Below, piece by piece: positions 43,340-54,063 of a DNA stretch of 64,000 nt. Within the stretch, counting starts at the first letter, position 1. Every line of letters begins with the position of its first letter. The stretch spans positions 14,618 to 78,617 of the forward strand of contig JAYQHI010000045.1 in NCBI GenBank assembly GCA_038141035.1, given 5' to 3'. Under the pieces are notes generated by a model. That model saw only the letters and a list, made by a program, of their open reading frames with translations. It made no database searches and was not told where the DNA came from. This DNA comes from Alteromonadaceae bacterium (GTDB taxonomy: Bacteria; Pseudomonadota; Gammaproteobacteria; Enterobacterales; Alteromonadaceae). The position numbers and the translations under genes are program-made.

Positions 43340-43685
43340 GTTGGCGATACCTACCTTATCAATAATTTTGCTATTATTTAAAATAATATAATTGTTACTT
43401 TTATGTTATTGATATTATATTGTTTCTAATGATAGTGTTTAATGAATACAATATTAAGCCTTGGTTTTAGGGGATAAAATATTGTCTTATTAAATAAATG
43501 AGTTAAATATTAAAAGGCATATTTATTGCTTTTGTTTATAAATGGATTTTCATTATATTATAAGTTAACTATTCTAATGATATAAGTTCACAACACTAAT
43601 TAGTAAAATGAATTATTTACAGTTCAGCTAGATACCATTTAAACACAAAAACAATTGATAAACTAAGTGATAATTTTTCAAACTC

Positions 43686-46129
43686 ATGATTAAAGATTTT
43701 TCAAAGTACGCTAAGATTATAAACAACTTCCGTGGTGAAGTGCTTTCTCATGGCTTTGATGCTAAATTTGCCGCCGCAACAAAACAATTGCCTAAATCAG
43801 AAAGTTTTTTATTAAAAATGGAACTGAAACGTTTGGCTCAACCTTGTACTCGCTTGATCGATTTACGGGGGTTAGTTGATGGCGAATGCAAGACTTATGA
43901 ACATAATGAGCGTCCTCATTATTTAGATGATATAGCGATTAAAGTTTTTGAAGAAAATGTCGCTTATTACGGCGGTTATACTTTTGGTGTGTATGAAGCT
44001 GTTACTAACACGGAATATAATTTTCGTGTTATCTATCATCGTGAAAAATCGAATACGGCAGCAATACAAAATGTTGATGCTAAGCAAATAGAAAAAACTC
44101 AATATCCCGCTAAGCTTTATAATTTTGGTCCATATTATAATCGCATCGAAGAACGCATGAACTTTGCTATTCCTTTTGAAGTGACTATTGGCAAAGAGAA
44201 GACCGAGTGTGTTAGTTCAGATTTAAGTGTTAATGGTTGTAAATTTCGTTTAACAAAACCAATTAAATTAGCCATTGGCGATACTATCAATATTCGCTTT
44301 ATTGGGCTTGAACAAGATTTTCAATTTGATGACGAAAAAGGCTATAGCTACGAAATAAAAAATATTCAACAAATTGAACGTTCGCAACTGATCGGTACTG
44401 AGCGTATTTATAGTGGCGATAAAAACAGGGATAGCTTTCGACGTTTTTTACTTGGTTTTATTCAAGGTAACAAACGCCGCTATAAAATCAATTTAGACAA
44501 TACCATTAATGCCCTCCAATCAAGAACATTTGAACAATATTTATTACCTAAAATTAATGAGTTACCGGTATTCTTTACCAAAAATAAAGAGCAGCTTATT
44601 CCTCGTTATGCCTTAACCTGTCATGACAACCGAAGAACATTTGAGTATTGGTCAAATGAAAGTAAGCAATCAACCTTATATTGTTTATTTACCCCTGAAC
44701 GTATTGAAAAGCTACTTAAAGCACAAAAGTTGGGTAAGCCGTTAATTGTTTATAGCTTTATTCATGAAAATAACGGGCAGAGTTATTTTTATACAGCCGA
44801 TGACAAACAATTAGCGGAAGACCTTGTCTTTATGAAGCAATTTTTAGGCTTTGCTGCGGCCAAAAATAGTTTTGCAATTACACAATTGTCTTTATTAGAT
44901 GTTGAACAATCCTATGCTCATTCACCAATCACTTTGTCTGAAAGTTTAGAAAAAAAGACGCTTATTTAAATGAGCCCTTTTCTAAAGATGTGTTAGAAAT
45001 TATTGCTAACCTTGCTGCCATTGGGGTGGTTACTGATATTACAACAGATAGTTTGATTGAAGAGTACCGCCAGTTTAGTTTTGAAGGTATTCTTACTGAC
45101 AAATTAAAGCGCTTTGGTCATAAACGTCTACCACTTGAGCAACCGGTTGATGCGGTAGGCATTAATTATAGTAATCACCGCAATGAACCGCGCTTTTATT
45201 ACACTACCCCTGTAGTGGTTGAAGCAGAAAAAGTGACTTGGAAAGGTACTTCAAAAGATTTCTCAATTTCAGGGATGAAAGTCGAGTTAGAAAAGTCAGC
45301 GGTGTTAATGAAAGGTGATATTGTTTATTTAACCTTTCCTAATTTACAAAAAATCACCTCAAGTTTTGAATTGGCTAAATTACCTTATGAAGTGATGCGG
45401 ATTAACAAAGCTAAAACCATCGTTAATTTGAGGGTTCATGTTAAGCAGCATCAGCATATCGGACGTTCATTTTTTAAGCTGTTAATTGAAAAGAACAAAG
45501 ATAAATTAACAGCAGATGAATATGTCATGATGACACCAGGTTTGGCAAAGTCATTACGTAATATCTACAGCCGAACCATGTTGTCATCAGCCGTTGTTAT
45601 TCAAACAAGTGGTAGCCGTTATAAATTTGAAGCATTAACCTCTAGTAAAGTTGATAGCCCATTTATTTCTGCTATGAATCAACTAAGTGATAAACGGGGT
45701 GCTTATAATTTATATCCACTACTAAAAAATCATATTATTGATAATGTTATTAGCCAAAACTTAAAAAAACAGCAGGTTGGTGATGCTCCGTTTACAGAAG
45801 TGCTTTACATCGCCATTGATCCTAGTATTGAATCATTAGAAAAGGCGGTTATCACAAAAGTCAGTTCTGAGTTAGCTAGCGCTAAATTAAAGCAAATGTT
45901 CATCAGTAATGCCTTAAAAAAAGGGCTGTTTTTCTGTATTGAAATTAAGGTGTTTAGAGTAGATAAGCCGGATATTAAACATTTAAATCCAGAGATCAGT
46001 TATGTCGGCTCTTATGCAATACATAGAGGTAAACAATTAGAGCAAGAAATTTATAGTGTTGCCGGTATGATGCAGTTTTATGATATTACTCAAGAAGCGA
46101 TGTTAAAGCATAAGCTCCAATTGCAATAA
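43686..46129 (+). pseudogene. large (about 810 aa) protein with two PilZ-like domains, one frameshift
   Basis: ORFs 43686..44969 and 44990..46129 join at the A7 run 44950-44956 (...LEKKDAYLNEPFSKDVLEIIANL...). The PilZ signatures are NRIEERMNF...SSDLSVNGCKF and HRNEPRFY...SKDFSISGMKV, which match RxxxR...DxSxxG. Confidence 0.7.
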
Positions 46130-46174
46130 ATTCGCAACTAAGTGGGGAATTCTTGAGGAAATATACAAGTTAAA

Positions 46175-46207
46175 ATAAAAAAGGTAACGATTAGTTACCT
46201 TTTGTTT
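46175..46207. terminator. bidirectional terminator between the PilZ gene and serB
   Basis: AAAAAAGGTAAC-GATTA-GTTACCTTTTGTTT. Confidence 0.7.
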
Positions 46208-46224
46208 GGTTAAGCATGATTATA

Positions 46225-47283
46225 TTATTTTAACCAATGTAATAAACAATCTAAGCCTAAAATGTTGATGCCAACATCAGCTTTATCAACTACTAGCTGT
46301 TTTGCATGAAAAGCAACTCCTAATGCAGCGGCATCCATCATCACTAAATCATTAGCGCCATCGCCCATAGCTACCGTTTGTCGTTCATCAATATCAAAGG
46401 TTTCAGCTAAGGCTAATAAATTATCAGCTTTCGCTTTCGCATCAATAACATCACCTAAAACCTTACCGGTGAGTTTACCGTCAACAATTTCGAGGGTATT
46501 GGCAACGGCAGAGTCGAGATCTAATAATTCTTTTAAATGATCAGCAAAAAAGGTAAAACCACCGGAAGCGATAGCGACACGCCATTGATGTTTTTGTAGC
46601 TCGGCAACTAAGGTTTCTAATCCTTCCATTAAAGGTAATTGCTTTACTACTTTTTCTAATATTGAAACCGGTGAACCGGCTAATGTAGCAACACGCTGAT
46701 GTAAGCTTTGGGCAAAATCTAATTCACCTTGCATAGCAAGTTCCGTGACTTCAGCCACTTGTTCACCCACACCAGCTAGTTTTGCTAACTCGTCAATACA
46801 CTCAATTTTTATGGTTGTTGAATCCATATCCATTAATAACACGCCAGGGCTAGCAAGTTTTGGCGCGTTTTCAATTAAGATCGATTCAATTTTATGGTCT
46901 AGGTTAAACTGTACTAACTGCTGACGAGCTAAGGCAAGATCTTGTACTTCGACATTAAAACGATAACTGGTTAATTGATTACGACAATTTATAGCATTTA
47001 AGCTGGTTAGCGTGAGTTGGCATTGCTTGGCTAAGCTTGAAAATTTATCTAAGGTTAAGTTTGAAAAAACCACTAGTTCAATACTGTCTTTTATCGGAGA
47101 AAGCGCTACCGAACTAGCAGTAAATTCAGCTGTTAAAGGAAACGTAGCTTGGATAAAAAGGTGATCTTGTTCAATAAATAGCGCGCAAGGTAAATTACCT
47201 GCTGCTTTTTCAATAGGGAGAAGTTGAGCTAAAGTTGTCGTTGTTAAATTGGCTATTGCCACTTTATTTACCGCAGTTGTCAC
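46225..47283 (-). CDS. serB: phosphoserine phosphatase SerB
   Basis: HAD motifs LLMDMDSTTI, ASGGFTFF and MGDGANDLVMM, with an N-terminal ACT-like regulatory region. GTG start. Confidence 0.92.
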   Translation of the reverse strand: MTTAVNKVAIANLTTTTLAQLLPIEKAAGNLPCALFIEQDHLFIQATFPLTAEFTASSVALSPIKDSIELVVFSNLTLDKFSSLAKQCQLTLTSLNAINCRNQLTSYRFNVEVQDLALARQQLVQFNLDHKIESILIENAPKLASPGVLLMDMDSTTIKIECIDELAKLAGVGEQVAEVTELAMQGELDFAQSLHQRVATLAGSPVSILEKVVKQLPLMEGLETLVAELQKHQWRVAIASGGFTFFADHLKELLDLDSAVANTLEIVDGKLTGKVLGDVIDAKAKADNLLALAETFDIDERQTVAMGDGANDLVMMDAAALGVAFHAKQLVVDKADVGINILGLDCLLHWLK

Positions 47284-47416
47284 GTTAAGTCCTTGCTGTA
47301 ATTAAGCAATTATTGAAAAGAAAAGATATTATCTAAAGCGATTTTTTAGTTAATACGTTTCATTCATGATTAATTAGATTTATAGTTAACTATAGATTAT
47401 TTGAGATCTTTAGTTT

Positions 47417-48018
47417 ATGAAAAATTCTGAGTTGCCTTTATACCTTAAAATATCACCGATTTATAATAAAATTCTGCAATTAGCTATAGCTGTTATTTTT
47501 ATTATCGTGTTATTGAATATGTTAATTCATAGTCAAAATCAACAACAGCAAGTAATAACAGAGCACTTTTCACAGCTAAGTAAAGCACAGTTGCAGCAAG
47601 CAGTGAGCGGTTTAAAGGTACTTTTACCACAAAAAAATACACAGCTCATTAATGACTATGTTAATAGTTTAAGTGAGTCGGCTATTATTTATGATATTCA
47701 TTATTATGATCAGACCGGTCTATTATTAGCGAGTTCGGCCAATGCTAAAAATATTAATTCGTTATATGGTATTGATGAATTAACCGAAGATGAAAGTGAT
47801 ACTTATGTAACTTTTGTTGAAGAAGTTAGAAATGATGAGCTGCTTGGCTATTTACGTTTTACCGTTAATAAAAAATGGTGTCAAAACCGCTATTAAATGC
47901 AAGCTTTGATGTCCATGAAGTGATGCGTTTGTTAGTACTTTTTGCTGTTGTTATTGGATTTTTATTAACTCGTAGTTTTAGTCGTTTTAGCCGTCAAGGT
48001 TTTAGGGTTGCCAAGTAA
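47417..48018 (+). pseudogene. ytjB: YtjB/Smp (AhpA) family membrane protein, one frameshift
   Basis: It is divergent from serB, as in E. coli. ORF 47417..47896 continues after the A6 run 47870-47875 as ...VSKPLLNASFDVHEVMRLLVLFAVVIGFLLTRSFSRFSRQGFRVAK (second TM) to a TAA at 48016-48018. Confidence 0.7.
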
Positions 48019-48039
48019 GCTTAATCGGCAAGAATGATT

Positions 48040-48112
48040 AAAAGCTAAAAGCTAAAAGCAAGACACTATTCCTGTAAGTTTAGTATTTTTCCTCAAGCCT
48101 CTAGCCTCAAGC
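48040..48112. repeat. two short heptamer tandem repeats in a convergent intergenic region
   Basis: AAAAGCT x about 2.7 (48040-48059) and CCTCAAG/CCTCTAG/CCTCAAG (48091-48112). Confidence 0.6.
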
Positions 48113-48147
48113 TTTAAGCGTCTGCTACCAAGGCATCAGTTAAAGTG

Positions 48148-48936
48148 TTATAAGGAAAATACCGCTTTTACATTAAATTCTAACTGCGCTGCAATTTGCT
48201 CCGGTGGTTCAGCTCTTAGCTGACAAAGGCTATTAAATACTTCGACCAATTTGCTTGGTGAATTTGCTTGCCCTTGATAGCCATAAAGTGGCATAGCAGG
48301 CGCATCGGTTTCTAATACCATGGCATCTAATGGTAGTTTTTTTACTGTTTTAAGAGTTTTTTCAGCTCTTGGGTAAGTGATAGTGCCACCAATACCTAAT
48401 TTATAACCGAGATCAAGGTAGGCTTTAGCTTGTTGATAGCTACCAGAAAACGCATGAATAACACCCGTTTTATCCACAGTTATCTTTTTTAACAAAGGCA
48501 CAATATGCTGATGTGATTTTCGATGATGAATAATGATTGGCTTGTTACTGCTTTTAGCTAGCTGTAAATGAAATTCAAAAAACGCTAGCTGCTTGGTTAA
48601 ATTATTTTCTTGTTCTGCAATCTTGCCATCAATACCCGTTTCTCCAATCGCGATAATATCCTGTGGCTGGCTTTTTACTGCGATTTCAAGTTTATTAAGG
48701 TCTTTGCTGGTTAGCTTGTTTAAATACCAAGGGTGAATGCCTAAGCAGGCGAATAAGCGACAATTTTTATGGTGATGTTGTTTAGTTAAGTTTAATACTT
48801 GTTGCCAGTTATCAGGCGAGACACTAGGAATAATAATTTGATGAATATTGTCAGCGGCACATTGACTGATTACATCAGCCAAATTTTCCGACAGTTCAGG
48901 GAAATCTAAGTGGCAGTGGCTATCAGTAAATTTCAT
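48148..48936 (-). CDS. yjjV: TatD-family metal-dependent hydrolase (YjjV-like)
   Basis: MKFTDSHCHLDFPE..., IGETGID, IIHHRKS, VLETDAP. Confidence 0.88.
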   Translation of the reverse strand: MKFTDSHCHLDFPELSENLADVISQCAADNIHQIIIPSVSPDNWQQVLNLTKQHHHKNCRLFACLGIHPWYLNKLTSKDLNKLEIAVKSQPQDIIAIGETGIDGKIAEQENNLTKQLAFFEFHLQLAKSSNKPIIIHHRKSHQHIVPLLKKITVDKTGVIHAFSGSYQQAKAYLDLGYKLGIGGTITYPRAEKTLKTVKKLPLDAMVLETDAPAMPLYGYQGQANSPSKLVEVFNSLCQLRAEPPEQIAAQLEFNVKAVFSL

Positions 48937-48977
48937 GCCAGTTCCTGTTTTTGAAGGCTATTTAATCCGAGCTTAGA

Positions 48978-50097
48978 CTATTTAAAACGCGCGGCTTTTT
49001 TCTCTATCGTAGCGATATTATCAGCAAGCTTAAAATGTTCAACAAATGACTTATCAAGTTCGCTGTCAGTTAATAACCCATTGGCTAAATATAGCGCTTG
49101 CGCCACGCCAAAACTATCTGTTAATAATTTTTTAGGTTATGGTGATGTAACACCGCTTCAATAATATGGTATGGAAAGCTCCAAACATGCATTAAATAAG
49201 CACCAATTTGACAGTGATCGGTAGCAAATATTTTTTGCTCTAATAAAATATCATCGGCGGTTCTGGCACAATTATCAAAGTACTTTAAGGTTAAAGTGTT
49301 ATCTATCTCAAATAATACTAACTTGCCAATGTCATGTAATAAACCGGCAAGTAAGGCGTCATGCTTTAATGTTTCATCAACCAAGCTTGCGGTAAATCGA
49401 GCGGTAGCTAAACTATGCAGTTGCTCGTCTTGTAATGAAAAGTTGGGAATGTTGGGTTGATAGGAAAATAATTCCGCCGTCATCACAATGCAGCTTAAGG
49501 TTTCAACCCCATTTTAGTAATCGCTTCGGTAATGTTAGTAAGCTTTTTACCGTTAGGCATAAACGAAGTGTTTGAAAACTGTAAAACTTTAGCAACAAGT
49601 GCAGGATCTTGGCTGATGATCTCGGCAATTTTTTCGGAGTCAGTTGTATTGTTTTTTAATATAGCATTGAGTTGTAAATAAACTTTTGGCGGGCTAGGTA
49701 ATGTTTTAACGTTGGCAACGGCTTTAACAATTACCTCTTTGGTGATAATTTTTTTACTGTCTTCAAAAGCTTTAATCGTACTCAAAACGTGCGCCGCTGA
49801 TGTATTTTGTTCAAAAACATAATGGCTAACATTATCAAGATCGTGTTCATTATCCGTGGTTAATAACACGATACGAACAACAGTTGGAAATTTAATTGCC
49901 AGTGCTTTAAATAAATTTAACGCACTGGTTTTATTGATATCTTGTGCGCAAATAAGAACATCAAAGTTATATTTTTTTAAGGCGTTAAGTGCTTTGATTG
50001 GATCATCTAAATAAGCGGTTTGATATTTTTGCTTAATTAACAGATCAGTTAATTTTACTAGCGATTGTTGTTTACCATCGAGTAATAAAATTTTCAT
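48978..50097 (-). pseudogene. response-regulator receiver + HDOD domain protein, two frameshifts
   Basis: ORF 49495..50097 carries the REC domain and the HDOD start (LPSPPKVYLQLNAIL). ORF 49121..49486 carries LLHDIGKLVL. A further C-terminal piece (PKKLLTDSFGVAQALYLANGLL...KKAARFK*) ends at 48978. The shifts are near 49503 and 49127. Confidence 0.8.
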
Positions 50098-50165
50098 TTA
50101 CAACTTTCCGCCTTAATTTTAAGTTTTATCAGTAAGGTATTTAACCTGAACTCAGGTTATTTAAA

Positions 50166-51932
50166 CTACATACGTTCCATGACATCGATACCTAAAATAT
50201 CTAAGCCTTGTTTTAAGGTCTTACTGACTAATTTACATAATACTAAACGGGCGGTTTTTACCTCGTCGCTGATACCGTCTTTTAAGATTGGGCAAGCTTC
50301 GTAAAAGCTCATGTATAAACTTGCTAATTCGTATAAGTAATTACACAGTAGGTTAGGTGTACCTTCAGCAATAACGGCATCAAGCACTTCTTCTAATTGT
50401 AATAACTTCATTGCTAAGGCTTTTTCCTGTGGCTCAGCGATACTTGGCTCACTTGGTAAGTCAGCAGGGTTAATACCGGCTTTGGTAAAAATACTTTGAA
50501 TACGCGAATAAGCATATTGTAAATAAGGAGCGGTTGCGCCCTCAAAACTTAGCATGGTTTTCCAGTTGAAAATGTAATCACTGGTACGGTTTTTAGATAA
50601 ATCGGCAAACTTAACTGCGCCAATACCTACTTTTCGTGAAATCTCTGCTAATTGCGCTTCACTAATATCCGGATTTTTCTCTTTGATCAGCGTGGTTGCA
50701 CGAGTGACAGCTTCTTCTAATAATTCGGCTAATTTTATCGTGCCACCGGTACGCGTTTTAAACGGCTTACCGTCGTCACCCATCATCATGCCAAACGGAC
50801 AATGATCATAAGCGACATGCTCTGGTAAGAAGCCTGCTTTACGGGCAACTATTTCCACTTGTTTAAAATGAAGTGCTTGGCGGGCATCAGTAAAAATAAT
50901 AATGCGATCAGCGTTTAATTCACCGGCACGGTAACGACAGGCGGATAAATCTGTGGTGGCATATAAATAACCACCACCTGATTTTTGCACGATAAATACC
51001 GAAGGATCACCGTCTTTATTTGCCATTTCTTCAATAAACACAACTTTTGCGCCTTGGTCTTCAACAGCAATGTTTTGTGCCATTAACTCATCAATAACTT
51101 TTGGTAAATCTGGGTTGTAGGCACTTTCACCCATAATATCGCTACGTTTTAAAGTAACGTTAAGTTGTTCGTAAATTTCTTCACTGTGCTTAATTGAAAT
51201 ATCAATAAATTGTTGCCATAAGGTCGCGCATTCTTCGTCACCACCTTGCAGTTTTACTACATAATCACGTGCTCTATCGGCAAAGCCTTCTTCATCGTCA
51301 AAACGGATTTTGGCTTCACGGTAAAAGTTTTCTAAGTCAGCTAGCGCCGTTTCAGCCACTTCATCTGAGGCGAGTTTGTCACTTAAATGGGCGAGAAGCA
51401 TACCAAATTGTGTGCCCCAATCACCCATGTGATTTTGACGAATAACCTTATCACCACGGAATTCTAAAGCGCGAACGACAGCATCACCAATAATAGTGGA
51501 ACGTAAATGACCAACATGCATTTCTTTGGCAAGGTTAGGCGCTGAATAATCAACCACGACGGTTTGTGGTTTTTCACCTGGAAGCGAGCCACGTTGGCTA
51601 ACACCTAATTTTTCATCATTGGCGGTGTCACTTAAACGAGCACTTAACCATGATTTAGCTAAATGAATATTAATAAAACCTGGGCCTGCTAATTCAATTT
51701 TTTCAGCAATACCACTGGCAACTAGCGTGGGCTCTAATTGCTCAACAACTTTCGCCGCTAATTCTCGTGGATTAGTTTTTAACTTTTTCGCCGCACCCAT
51801 TACGCCATTCGCTTGGTAATCACCAAAATTGGCTTTAGTTGATACGCTAACCGCTGGGTTTGTCCCCTCAGGTAAGCCCGCAGCTGTCATTGCTTCTGAA
51901 ACGATGTTGGCAAGTAAGTTTTTAATATTCAT
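50166..51932 (-). CDS. argS: arginine--tRNA ligase ArgS
   Basis: 588 aa with an N-terminal Arg-tRNA-synthetase add-on domain, a class I HIGH-type motif (HVGHLRS) and a C-terminal anticodon-binding (DALR) domain ending ...MERM. Confidence 0.96.
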   Translation of the reverse strand: MNIKNLLANIVSEAMTAAGLPEGTNPAVSVSTKANFGDYQANGVMGAAKKLKTNPRELAAKVVEQLEPTLVASGIAEKIELAGPGFINIHLAKSWLSARLSDTANDEKLGVSQRGSLPGEKPQTVVVDYSAPNLAKEMHVGHLRSTIIGDAVVRALEFRGDKVIRQNHMGDWGTQFGMLLAHLSDKLASDEVAETALADLENFYREAKIRFDDEEGFADRARDYVVKLQGGDEECATLWQQFIDISIKHSEEIYEQLNVTLKRSDIMGESAYNPDLPKVIDELMAQNIAVEDQGAKVVFIEEMANKDGDPSVFIVQKSGGGYLYATTDLSACRYRAGELNADRIIIFTDARQALHFKQVEIVARKAGFLPEHVAYDHCPFGMMMGDDGKPFKTRTGGTIKLAELLEEAVTRATTLIKEKNPDISEAQLAEISRKVGIGAVKFADLSKNRTSDYIFNWKTMLSFEGATAPYLQYAYSRIQSIFTKAGINPADLPSEPSIAEPQEKALAMKLLQLEEVLDAVIAEGTPNLLCNYLYELASLYMSFYEACPILKDGISDEVKTARLVLCKLVSKTLKQGLDILGIDVMERM

Positions 51933-52234
51933 TCGTTATCTCTTTCTCTGTGCTATTTCACTCAATAGTTGCATCCGTTGTGCTCACATACATGCGTATG
52001 CTTCGCGCACCTTCTTAACTCTTGAGCGAACCAGCTGTGAGAAAGAAGTAACTCACAGCTAGATAAGTTTTTTTAAGGAGCTGTTAAGCTCTACTCTAAA
52101 TATTTTATGTTAAATTTCAAAGTAGATAGCTATTAACAAAGCCGAAGAGATGTTTCTTGTGGGAGCATAGGTTTCTATGTGACTACAAAAAACAACGATA
52201 GCAATGCCGTTAAATACCTATCTAAGCAGAAAAT

Positions 52235-53815
52235 TTAGTGTTCACGAGTTTTATGGAACTCAATATCCGGGTGGCGTTCCTGCGCCAAACTCAAATTGAC
52301 CATGGTAGGTGCAATATAAGTTAAGTTATCACCGCCATCTAATGCCAAGTTATCATAAGCTTTTTTCTGAAACTGCTCTAATGTACGTTCATTATCACAA
52401 GTACACCAACGAGCTGTCGCAACACTTATTGCTTCGTAAATAGCGTCAACGTTATATTCGGTTTTTAAGCGTTGAACGACCACTTCAAATTGAAGCACAC
52501 CCACCGCACCAACAATCATTTCGTTAGAGTTAAATGGGCGAAATACTTGAACGGCACCTTCTTCAGAAAGTTGAATTAAGCCTTTTTTGTAATTGCTTGG
52601 CTTTTAATGGATCACGTAAGCGAATACGGCGGAACATTTCAGGGGCAAAGTTTGGAATACCGCTAAACTTCATGTCTTCACCAGCGGTAAAAGTGTCACC
52701 AATTTGAATGCTACCATGGTTATGTAAACCAATAATATCACCGGCAAAAGCTTGTTCAACGTTAGAACGATCTCCTGCCATAAAGGTTACGGCATCAGCA
52801 ATTTTTACATCTTTACCAATACGCACTTGTTTCATTTTCATGCCTTTTTCATATTTACCTGAGCAAATACGCATAAAAGCGATACGGTCACGATGTTTAG
52901 GGTCCATGTTCGCTTGAATTTTAAAAACAAAACCTGAGAATTTTTCTTCTTCAGCGTTCACTACGCGAGTTGAGGTTTCTCTAGGTAAGGGCTTCGGAGC
53001 CCATTCGGTTAAACCATCTAGCATATGATCTACACCAAAGTTACCTAAGGCAGTACCAAAATAGACGGGTGTTAACTCACCTTTTAAAAACTCGTCTAAA
53101 TCAAACTCGTGTGAGGCACCTTGTACTAATTCTAATTCTTCACGTAATTCATCGGCATAAACACCAATAGCAGCATCTAATTCAGGATTATCTAACCCTT
53201 TAATCACACGTTTTTCTTGTATTGTATGGCCTTGACCTGAAGCGTATAAAATAGTTTCATTGGTCATTAAGTTGTACACCCCTTTAAATTCTTTACCCAT
53301 GCCAATTGGCCAAGTAATAGGGGCACACTTTATTTTTAAGACATCTTCAACTTCGTCCATCACTTCCATAGGATCACGAACATCACGATCCATTTTGTTC
53401 ATAAAGGTAATGATAGGCGTATCACGTAAGCGAGTAACTTCCATTAATTTAATGGTTCTGTCTTCCACACCTTTAGCAACATCAATAACCATCAAGCAAG
53501 AGTCAACCGCAGTTAAGGTACGATAAGTATCTTCCGAGAAGTCTTCATGACCTGGGGTATCGAGCAAGTTGACTAAACATTTGTTATAAGGAAACTGCAT
53601 TACCGAGGTAGTAATTGAAATACCACGATCTTTTTCCATTTCCATCCAGTCAGATTTGGCATGTTGTCCCGATTTTTTCCTTTTACAGTGCCAGCTTTTT
53701 GTAAAGCTTGACCAAATAAAAGAACTTTTTCGGTGATGGTGGTTTTACCCGCATCCGGGTGAGAGATAATCGCAAAAGTGCGGCGTTTATCGACTTCCTG
53801 CTGTTGTACAGACAT
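52235..53815 (-). pseudogene. prfC: peptide chain release factor 3 (PrfC), two frameshifts
   Basis: Three track ORFs (53600..53815, 52563..53645, 52235..52519) carry G1 [21 protein letters not shown] and the C-terminal domains. The junctions are at the homopolymers 53673-53678 and 52583-52588. Confidence 0.92.
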
Positions 53816-53985
53816 GCTAGTTACCTGTGAAGAATATCAAAATTTAAAGCGCGATATTATAACGGAAAGCATTGCATTGAGCAGCAACTAATCTAGTTAA
53901 TATATAAATAATTTTATTTATTTGAGCGGACAATTTTATGAGTCAGAGAAAGTTGATTAATGAAACGAATGATTGAAGAAAGTAT

Positions 53986-54040
53986 ACAACTACATTAGTA
54001 ATGTATAAATAAACATTTACTAATGTAGTTGTGCTTTTTT
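53986..54040. terminator. long hairpin (19-20 bp stem) with a T6 tract on the + strand, 24 nt beyond the MFS gene stop
   Basis: ACAACTACATTAGTAATGT-ataaataa-ACATTTACTAATGTAGTTGT-GCTTTTTT. Confidence 0.6.
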
Positions 54041-54063
54041 ATATGAGATGTATTAAGTAGAAC

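Noticed and set aside
43686-46129. A defence-system reading (toxin-antitoxin, restriction, abortive infection, and so on) for the unassigned genes: the PilZ giant, the RHH protein, the ExeA-like ATPase and the TatD hydrolase.
   Set aside because: No nuclease, helicase, methylase or toxin partner is adjacent. Each has a better-supported housekeeping or signalling interpretation from motifs and conserved neighbours.
48040-48112. A possible CRISPR or other spaced-repeat array.
   Set aside because: Only 7-nt units in 2-3 copies are present, with no 25-40 nt repeats alternating with unique spacers and no cas genes. I saw no CRISPR-like structure anywhere in the window.
51975-52000. CATACATGCGTATG upstream of argS, which resembles the CATACGTATG core of the LacI-type palindromes at 8385-8437.
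   Set aside because: The spacing between half-sites differs (4-nt centre against a contiguous dyad), and the context is a housekeeping tRNA ligase. It is probably coincidental.
52235-53815. The frameshifts in prfC as programmed frameshifting, by analogy with prfB.
   Set aside because: Programmed +1 frameshifting is a feature of prfB (RF2) at a CUU UGA C site with an upstream SD. The prfC breaks are in plain A/T homopolymers, like the 30 or so others in the window.
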